NCBI RefSeq assembly: GCF_006345805.1
Contig: NC_042997.1
Span: 51,708,001 to 51,772,000, forward strand
Direction: 5' to 3'
DNA: 64,000 bases
From: Octopus sinensis
Lineage: Eukaryota
Shown here: positions 39,701 through 50,354 of the stretch, one piece after another
Layout: the number at the start of each line of letters is the position of its first letter
Numbering within the stretch: the stretch's first letter is position 1
Position numbers and translations under genes: made by a program
Notes under the pieces: generated by a model
The model's input: the letters and a program-made list of their open reading frames with translations, nothing else
What the model was told of the DNA's origin: nothing
Database searches by the model: none

Positions 39701-42700
39701 TAAAGAAAAAAAAACATTGGGTATGCTTACAATTAATGCAAGTACTGTGAGATGAACAGAGATAATTTTGTGTAGTATGAGGCATAACCAGAATACTGTA
39801 AATTGTTGCCTTTGACTTCTCTCTGTCGGCAATGCTTTTACTATGGTTAGCCTAGTGTATCACCTATGATATATAATTTTAATGATTCTATAACTCTAAT
39901 GCAATCAATCACAATCTGTTACACACTCACAAAAAAAAAAGATACTGAAGATAATATCTTACACTTGTTACATTCAAATTAGCTTTTAATTCACAATAGT
40001 TATTAAAATATAACTTTTTAAATAGAGTCACAGTTTTATTACCTGACCCTGTGTGTGTATATATATATATATATATTTTTTTTTTGCTGTTGCAGATCTC
40101 TAAATGCAATTCACACCAATGGATTTGTACATGGTGACTTGAAACCTTGCAATTTGATGTGGAGTGCACAGAATGGATGTATGAAACTCATAGATTTTGG
40201 ACTTAGTTTTCACATTAGTGATGAGGTACTTAAATAGTTACCTGACTTTTTATTTGCCTCTGCACACTCCCCTCTCCCACCCTTTTTTTTATCAAGTAAC
40301 TACATGAGTAATCTTGAGTAGAATGGAAATTGCCTGCAAGCCATATCCACAAGCATGTTTTGATTCTGATATTTATTAACTTTTGTTGTTATTGATTAGG
40401 AGTGGCATGAACATCAAACTTATTCATTCCTATTGAAATTTCTTCAGCTACAATATTATGGAAGAGATCTGTAGAAAGCTTTCTCCAAAATATGCTCATT
40501 AGCATAACCTAATTGCAGCCATAGTAAACATATATATAGGTTATATGTTATATTTTTGGTCCAAAATAGAGGTGACAGTTTCTATAATTTGGGAGTATAC
40601 TTTGGAACTAGCAATGTTGTTAAATTGAAATTATTCAAGACAGACAACGTTTAAAAAAAAATAATGTAGTTGTTTAGTCCTCGGTTAACTTTGGTCAAGC
40701 AGACCATTAATCAATGTGACTAATCTCATCTTTAGAATATCAATGGCTACATTGTTCAGTATATCCTTCCTTATTTAAGATTTGAGGAATTTTAGCTGCT
40801 ATTTCTAACAGGTTTAGTCACCTCAGAAAGAAAGTCCTTGTGAACTCACAAAACAAACGTATTTCTTTGTATGTTGGTGTGTGTGGTGTCTGTTAGGACT
40901 ACATGGCTATAGTTTAAAAAGTCGACTGTTTTAAATGAGCTAATGTAAATTTGTGACTTATTGCCTGTGTCATTATAGCATCATTAAAGACTTCATCTTC
41001 AAAAGATTAATTAAATAAGGATAGATTGGAATAGTTTCCTGTGGTCTATGAGAAGACTTGAATTCAATATGCAAACAAAGGAATTATCAAATACACATTG
41101 TCCACAATGTTTACAGAAGTGAACTAACTGAGCATTATTATTGTTTATATAGTATCTGTTTACAACTACTTGTATTGTGTTAATAAAACTTAAGTAACTG
41201 GCTTTGCCAGGAACACAGTAACTAATGAGCTTTGGTTATTGTGGTTCAAGCTGTACATACATATGTATACATTAGACTCAAATTTAGGATTAAGAATTAC
41301 ATTACATTCATAAAAAAAAAGAATGGAATTCTTTACTTGTGAAAAAAAATAATACATTAATCAAACCACCTTAATTAGTTAATGAAAGAGTTACAAATAT
41401 AAAATATGATAACCTTTTTGCTTTGAAGCTCACTTAATCTTGTGTTTAATATTGGTATTATAGGAAGGCGGCAAGCTAGCCTGATTGTTAGCATGCTAGG
41501 CAAAATGCTTAGAGGGATTTCATGTCTTTGCAGTCTGAATTCAAATTCCACCAAGGTAGATTTTGCCATTCATCCTTTCTGGGTGGATAAAATAAGTACC
41601 AGTTGAAACACTGGGGACAATGTAATTGACTTATCCCTCCCACAAAATTGCTAGCCTTGTGCCAAAATATGAAACAAGTATTTGTTTTATGGTTTATTTT
41701 TTAATTTTTTAACAATGATTATAATGATTAAACATGTAACATTTTATGTAATTAACTATTTCAGGATGTTTGTCAAATTCAATCCCCCAGCTATCGAGCT
41801 CCAGAAGTTGTTATGTATAACAAAGGCAAAAGAGATATTAAACTGACTCAAGCAGTAGATTTGTGGAGTTTAGGGTGCTTACTCATCTGGATGTTCACAG
41901 GTCAAAAGATGTTCCAGAAAAAACCAGCTGGTCCCTGTAATAATTGTAGTGTAAGTACCTGACTCATCATCATCATCATCATCATCATCATTAATGTCTA
42001 TTTTCCATGGGCTGGACAGTTTGACAGAAGACGGCGAGCTGGCAGAAACGTTAGCACACCGGGCAAAATGCTTAGCGGTATTTCGTCTGCTGTTACATTC
42101 TAGTTCAAATTCCGCCGAGATCAACTTTGCCTTTCATCCTTTCAGGGTTGATAAATTAAGTACCAGTTACACACTGGGGGCGATATAATCAATTTAATCC
42201 ATTTGTCTGTCCTTGTTTATCCCCTCTGTGTGTAGCCCCTTGTGGGCAGTAAAGAAATAAGTTTGACAGAAGCTGACCAGCTGAAGGGCTGCTCAGGCTC
42301 CATGTCTTTTTTTTGGCATGGTTTCTATGGCTGGATACCCTTCCTAATGCCAGTCACTTTATAGAGTGTACAAGGTGCTTTTATGCAGTACTGGTACAGG
42401 TGCTTTTTACGTGGTACCAGCATTTACAGGCCCACAAGATTAGGGATGGTCAGCTGGAGAGGGTTGCAAGGGATGAAAGCTATTTTCAAAAACCAAACCA
42501 GTTTATATAACAATGGGATTTTGTGTGTCATGTGGATCTGAAAAATAGTCTGAATTTAGTAGAGTTTGTAGGGGGCTGATAGGAATTGACATTGTCACAA
42601 GTTGTTAGGTAGAGAGAACCATATGGTGTCTTAAACTGATGTGTAGATTAAAGAAAGCCACTGTGGCTGATGTTACTATGTGTATTGATGCTATGCTGTG

Positions 42701-45642
42701 GTAATTGGGAAACAAAACTATGATTAACATGTCATTAGATTTAGGCTAAAGAAGTTTGATTGATGAGGGATATTGTATTGTTTGATTGTATTTGGATAAT
42801 TTGTATTTGGATAAGTGGAGATAACTTTGTAATAGAATGCTGAGCAGCTGTAACCAGAATAAATAATAGAAAAGGAACGCAACTACAGTAGAATTAAATT
42901 CTGTATTACTGGTACTGATATTAACACCAATAATATATATAATTATCATTTTTAGTGTCTTGCTTCTTTAATTTTTAAAATTTCTCTGTAGGATAAAAAG
43001 TCAAGTTGATATTTTGAACCCAAAATCACACATGTCAAAATTTAAGTTTGTTGCACAAGGTTAATGATAAACTGAGACTAAGCTTTTGATTTTGATTTAT
43101 AAATGATACTGTAGGCAGCCGTAATACAGAAGTAGTGAAAGTAGTTTTTATTTTAGTTTTCTTTTTATGTTTTATATTATAAGTATGAATCCATATAAGT
43201 ATAGATTGGTTAATCTAATGACGATGACAATAAATCAAGAACATTTGAAGAATTACATAACAAAATAATTGTTTTAATTTTATATTTATAATTATCAGTT
43301 GCAGAAGAGAAATGTGGAAAACTGTGAATATGGTATTTTAGCACAACAAATGATTGATGACAAAATTGCAGGAGAACCATTGCGTAGTTCAGAAATGGGA
43401 TCTGCTTGTCTAGCCTTCCGAAAATTAGTGTCCCGGTATGAATGTTTTGATGTTATAAATATTTGACATCTATTTTTTTTTTGTTGCACATGTAAATGTT
43501 TTATTATTGTTACTGACTTTTTTTATTGATAAATATAAATCCCACCTTTTGTGTGTTGTATTTTGTCCTTTTATATTGTTTTCACTGTCTTTGGCTTTTG
43601 TGACTAATAAAAGAAATCATTATGACTATTAAGGCAAATGGCAGTGTCCTGGCAGAATTGTTAGTGTGTTGGACAAAATATTTAGTGGCATTTGGCCCAT
43701 CTTAATATTTCAAATTCAAATTCCAGCAAGGTCAACTTTGCCTTCCATCCTTTCAGGATGGATAAAATAAGTACCATGCATTGGAGTCAGGCATCAACAA
43801 GCCCTCTCCCCCAAATTTCAGGAATTGTACCTACAGTAAAAAGGATTATTATTATTATTATTATAAAGGTAGTGAACTGGCAGAAACATTACTGTTCTGG
43901 ATAAAATGTTTAGCAGCATTTCTTCTGGTTTTTTAAGTAAATTCTGCCAAGATTGACTTTGCTTTTCATTTTTTTTTGAGGGTCAATAAATTAAGTACCA
44001 GTTTGGCAGTGGGTCATTGTAATAAACCTTCTCCCTCTCCACAAAACTGTTGGCTTTGTGCCAAAATTTGAAAGAATTATTATTATTGTGGAGGTGCATA
44101 GCTTAGTGGCTAGGATCTTGCACACATGATTGTAAGAGTGTGGTTTTGATTACTGGATTGGGTGATGCATTGTGTTCTTGTGCGAAAGACCTCATTTTAC
44201 ATTGCCGATTCCACTCAGCTGGTAAAAATGAGTAATCCTGTGACTGGCTGGCATGCTGCCCAAGGGGAGGAGGGTATAAATGCCATGGAATCTGAAAAAA
44301 CTGGCCTTATGAGCTTATGGCTTGTACAGGACTTTCGATCCCTTATTTTTTTAGATTATTATTATTATTGATTTGATTCAGGTTCAATCTTATTCCTGGT
44401 AGAATTTATGTGAGTTGTGGGTTGCTTAGTCTTTCAAGTGCTTAAGGCCCTCCTGATAATCTTTCCTGTTTTTAAGAGGCAAACTTTCTGTAGAAGCTCT
44501 ACAGAACATTCTATTTCAATCTCCTTCAGCCATAATAATAATAATAATAATAATTATTATTATTATTATTATTATTATTATTGCATACTTGCACCGATCT
44601 TTTTCAGCCATATTGGTAGTTGAGTGCTGATACTTCCAAATGCACTAATTACTATTGGTATCACATCCACTCTCATCATTGACCTCAACCTTTGTATTTC
44701 CCACTTTAAATCGTTGTAGTTGTCTATTTTTTCTTCTTTCACATTGATCCTGTTGTCACTGGGGCATGCTATGTCGATAATTATACATGTACTTTCTTTT
44801 TTATTCACCACAACAGTGTCCGGTTTCCTATGTCTGGTCAGGTGATCGCACTGGATCATTACCTCCCACAGAATTTTGCAGTTCTCATTTTCAGTGACTC
44901 CTTCTGGGGTTTGTTCATACCACGTGTTTGCTCTTTGTAGGTTGTGATTTCCACAAATCTCCCAATGGATCATTCTTGCCACATTGTCTTGGTGTCGTTT
45001 GTATTTGCATTGTGCCAATTTCGGGCATTCACTAATGATGTGCCATACTGTTTCACCCCTTTCAACACACATTCTGGATTTATCGCTATTGGTAGTGTTG
45101 TCAGTTCTGCTTGTCATATAATTGGTCCTTAATGCTTGTTCCTGAGCTGCGCATATGAGTACTTCTGTGTCTACCTTCAGTTCATTCCTCCTCATCCATA
45201 GCCACTGGTCCTCTGTATTTGTTTGGCATTCACATCTCTTGCAAACTGACCATACATTCCATGCTTTTTCTTTTTTCTTTTTTGTTTATTCCTTGTTTAA
45301 ATTTTTCTTTAGTTACACAATTTTCAGTTTTGATAACACCAGCCTTCTTTGTATGTTTCAACAGTAGCTCCACAGCATTTATTATATACCATCCTAGACT
45401 GTTTTCCTCTGCTTCAATACAGTCCTGGCAACTCATCAAACTTCTCCCAGCCTTTCTTCTGGACAAGTAAAGCCTATCGGTGTCACTCTTAGGGTGGAAG
45501 GCTCCTTGTACAGTCAACATTTTTCTAGTCTTGGTATCCATTTTCTTCATTTCTCTCTTTTGCCATTTTATAATTCTTGCTCCATACTGAAGTGATGTCA
45601 TTGCCCATGTATTAACTGCTTGGATTTTATTCCATCCAGTCA

Positions 45643-45698
<56 letters not shown>

Positions 45699-48600
45699 AA
45701 TCATCATTGTCATCATTTTCCAGAAGTTTTATTTTTATTGCATGCTTTTATTCCACTGCTTTAACCAAATGCAGCTCTGTGTTTCTGGGTATGTGCAATG
45801 TTTTATTTTGGCTTTGTTAGTTTTGGTGTATTTAAAGTGCTCTATGTAATATGTCTGCATGCTATTTTTGTATATTAGTCATATTTGTGTGTCCAAGGAT
45901 ACTGGGGTATGTTTGAATTTTTTCTATCATTTCCAAAGCACCTACTATTACAGGGATTGTTTCTATTTTCAAGCCTCACATTAGATTATCACTGTTTCCA
46001 GGTCTTTGTATTTGGATAATTTCTCCATCTCTTTCATATAAATACATTATTATCTTTTGGGACTGATATGTCAATTAGGAAGCATTTCTTTTACTGGTGA
46101 TCTTTGACAATAATACCTGGTTAGTTAGCCTTGGTCTTCTTGTTTGTGTGTATTGGCATATATCAGAGTGTGGTTGCTTTGCCATTTTCTGCAATCTTTT
46201 CTGGTGTATACTTGTACCACATCTTTTCTGTTGATGTTTTATAGATCTGGCATAACTTCCCATGTAAGTCCTAGGTCTGTCATGTCTGTGGATATATTCT
46301 TTCTTAGCTAAAACTGGGCAACTTGAGATAATAAAATTAATTGTTTCTTTTCCCATTTGCACATATTCTGTGACTACTATGTTGTGCTTTATTATATGCT
46401 TTTGGTGGTTTCTGATGGAGAGACTTTGGTCCTAAGCTGCAACCAAGAAACCTTCAGTCTCTGCTTTGAATTTTGCACTTCTCAACCTGCATTAGGATTT
46501 TCCTTTGTCCATTACCAGCTTTTACTATTTTACAAGTATTGGACATGTATGGGCTTTTCTTACCTCATTCATTCTGTAATTCCAATTTTACTTTAAATCT
46601 CAGCTGTTTCATAATTTCTGTTGTTGTTCACCATTTTCTTAGCAGTTATTTGTTATTGCTCCCCACCTTCAAAAATGCTGGCCTGTGCCAAATATTATTT
46701 TTGATATGAGAGAGCAGTGTATGCTATCAAAGTGACACTGGGGTAAAATATATGAAGCCCAATATACCCATCATGACCACCCATCTGATAAGGTTACACG
46801 AGGCACATGCATCACAACCATATGTGCATGACATGGTGATCTCATATCAAGATTAACAGCACATGACCTTGCAGGTGGGACCCAGTTACAATTTTCTTCA
46901 GGTCGAGTAGCCCATCCTGCTCAAAAAGTCCCTGAATAAGGATTACTTAAGGATGTTGAACGAAATACCCATGTTTCCAGAGTTGAATTAACCAAACCCC
47001 AAAGAATTTCTCTCAACACATGGCTATAACGCTCTCACACTACTTCTCATGATCAAAGATGCACATATCGTCAGCTACCAAGGGACTGCTCAGCTGGTTA
47101 CGGTCAAACAACTGACAAGCAAATCTGTGGTATTGAGCAGAGTATTTGCTGTAGCCCAAGACTAAACAATGTACATGATAACATTGAGTTAAGATGAGAA
47201 GCCATAAAAGCCACTGTCTAGTACTGCATCAGGGCATTTAATCTCCAAAGCTATAACTAGCATTAAGGATATTAACATGATTTTATTTCACAGAAACTTA
47301 TGCTTGCAATGCATCTCTTTGAGTATGTGTCTATTCTGTAAAAGATCTTTGTGCACTCTTATACAGGTATCTTTATGAAGTATCGTTTAAATTTTAATAA
47401 TTGCAAATTTAATTCTTTGATTTTTTATTTTCTGACATTATTTTTCATCAACAGTGTGATGACATGTAAAGGCTGTGAACGTTTAACGAGCCAGACTGCA
47501 CAAAATCATCCTTTCTTTTCAATTCCATTTGGTAAATATTATTCACTTCTGTGTGTGTTGTTGTGTGTTTCAAATGTATTTTACCATTGTTGAATTGAGA
47601 TTATTTTTAAACCTACTAGGAAATGAAAAAAAATTGCAATATGTTTTAATATTTATATAAGGGCATTATTATACATAAATGCCTCACACTAGGAGGGACT
47701 CTTAAAGTCAAAACTACCATAATAAACACATTTATTACCAGACGCGAAGGAATGCAACTCTCGAAGCAAGCCTTTTAAAAACAGATTCAGCTACATCCAT
47801 ATATATTTAATGGGAATAATTAATAAATTTTCCCCTTATGAGGTTTTTCACGCTAACTACTTGATAATTTCTTATAAAAATTTTATCCTATTTTTTAAAT
47901 TATATATTTTAATATATAGAATGGAATATATAGAAATAACTTGGTGATTGGAAAAGTAATATAAATGTTTTCTTTCTCTAGAGCCTTCTTTCTGTGATAT
48001 GCTGCTACTGCCAACAGTTGTTATCAGGATACTCAACAGTATAGATGTAAACGAAACAAACACTCATGAAGGTAAAATTGCCTCTGTCTTTCTGTGTTGC
48101 TCATTTTTTTATATACAAATAATGAGACTCAGAATTATATTAACTTAATAACTGCACTCAGTATACATATATTTTTGCTTCATATTTTTAAAGAAAAGTC
48201 ATTTAATAAATATATTTGAACATTTATAAATATAAATGCAGATGTGGCTGTGTGAGAAGAGGCTTGCTTCCCAACTACTCGGTTCTGGATTCACTCCTAC
48301 TGTGTGCCACCTTGGGCAAGTGTCTTTATCTATAGCCTCAGGCCAACCAAAGCATTGTGAGTGAATTTGGTAGAGAGAAACTGAAAGAAGCCTATGGTGT
48401 GTGTGTCTTTGTGTCTGTGTTTGTTCCCCACCACTGCTGGAAAACCCATGTTGGTGTGTTTACATCCCTGCAACATAGCAGTTTGGCAAAAGAGACCAAT
48501 AGAATAAACACCAGGCTCACAGGAAAAATAAATACTGGGGTTGAGTCATTCAACTAAAAATTCTGCAAAGCAGTGCCCCAACATGCCCATAGTCTAATAA

Positions 48601-49364
48601 GTGAATCTAGTAAAAATTATATATAGTGAGTGTGGAATCTTGGAATGCATCTGACTCTTAAGTAAATTTGAATATTGTGTTGGATTTGGTTGACTTTATC
48701 TCTTGGATGATCTTTTAACTGTGATTCTCTCTCAAATTTTTGAGAATTTTCATAAGAGGAATAAAAGGTTTTAAAGAAATTCTCTAATTTGAAACGAAAT
48801 TTTACTGCTGTATCAAGTGAAAGTCTAAGAGTTGAGACTGGTGCAATTACTGTGAGTGAAAGTATGTGACCTGGAGGTTAAGTAGCTGAACTCACAACCA
48901 TATGGTTGTGGACTTAGTTTCCAGGCTGGGCAACACATTGTGTTGTTGTGTAAGGCATTTCATTTCACATTGCTCCAGTCTACTCAACTAAAAAAAAAAA
49001 AAAATGAACTGCACCTGCTGCTGAATAGGCACTGGAAACTATTTGCCCTAAATTGTGCAAATTCAAACCTTTTAGTGGCCCTTGAAGGCTACGGCACATT
49101 GGATGATAAGTTACTATGGGGAATAGAAAAGGTTCAATATTTCGGATTTAGACTTTTTATAGAGGAAGAGAAACGATAGTGTTATGTATTGTAGTTGAAA
49201 TATATCCAAAATTACTGAACCTGAAGTGTTGGACATTTGCTGTATTCATCATTATTACATTTAATAATAGCCAACAAGGACATGCCAGCAAAGTCTCTTG
49301 ACTTTTAGAAATAATACCCTAATCTCCCCCATAACATACCTAACATCTAAGAACAAGGAAAGGA

Positions 49365-49403
<39 letters not shown>

Positions 49404-50323
49404 TGAAATTATTGTATACAATGCTCAGGTGCACCACAACTTGTCAAAAGTGCATATAAAGCATATGCAGTAATGTACAAATGTCTGGGAAGTGAACAGT
49501 ATATGAGTCAGATACATGCTTATGTGTGTATGGAGGGGAGAAAATCAGGTGTAGTGTTGGCGAATCTCAGGAAGTATGGATGTTTTGAAGGATACAGTGC
49601 TCTGACAACTAACAACTGATGCCGGCAGTTTGTTCCATGCTTCAGCAACTCTTAGCGTGAAAAAATGTTTCTGAAAGTCATGGGAGCTGTGCTGTTTTCT
49701 GACTTTGTAAACATGTCCACAGGTGTTAGACAGGTGGAGTTTGAAAAGGTGCTCAGAGTTATTGTTAGTAAAACGGTTAATAATTTTATGGGTGTTTGCC
49801 AGACGTTGGAGTTTCAATGTATCCATGCTCATGGAAGTATTTGATAATCCTTGCTTCACTAGTCCTGTTAAAAAGAAAACCGGGATAGAAGCAGCTGGAA
49901 TACTTTTGATCATAGGTCTGCTTGATTTGGGCTGACCTGAGGTAAACAACATTTCATTTTGGATTATTTGTTGCCCACACAGATCCTGAACAATTGCCTT
50001 TAATTCTGGATATTACTTTGCATATATAAATTTAACATAAAGTTTTTAAAGAAAATTTTGAAATTATTAACTTTTACCTTATCTGTTTCAACAAGTTAGT
50101 TATATTGACTATGTTGACAAGTTTTTAAAACAGTTTAACATTAATTTTTATTTCTAGCCATAAAAAAAGAATTAACCAGTAGATGCTGTAAATTTGGAAA
50201 GTTGGTTAAATGTGTTCTTCCAACTGAAGGTAAAGGAAAAGGAATTGTAAGTAAAAAAATATTTTCAAGTAATGTCAAAGTTCAAACATTAAAAAAATCA
50301 TTTTGTGTTATATTACTATATGT

Positions 50324-50354
<31 letters not shown>

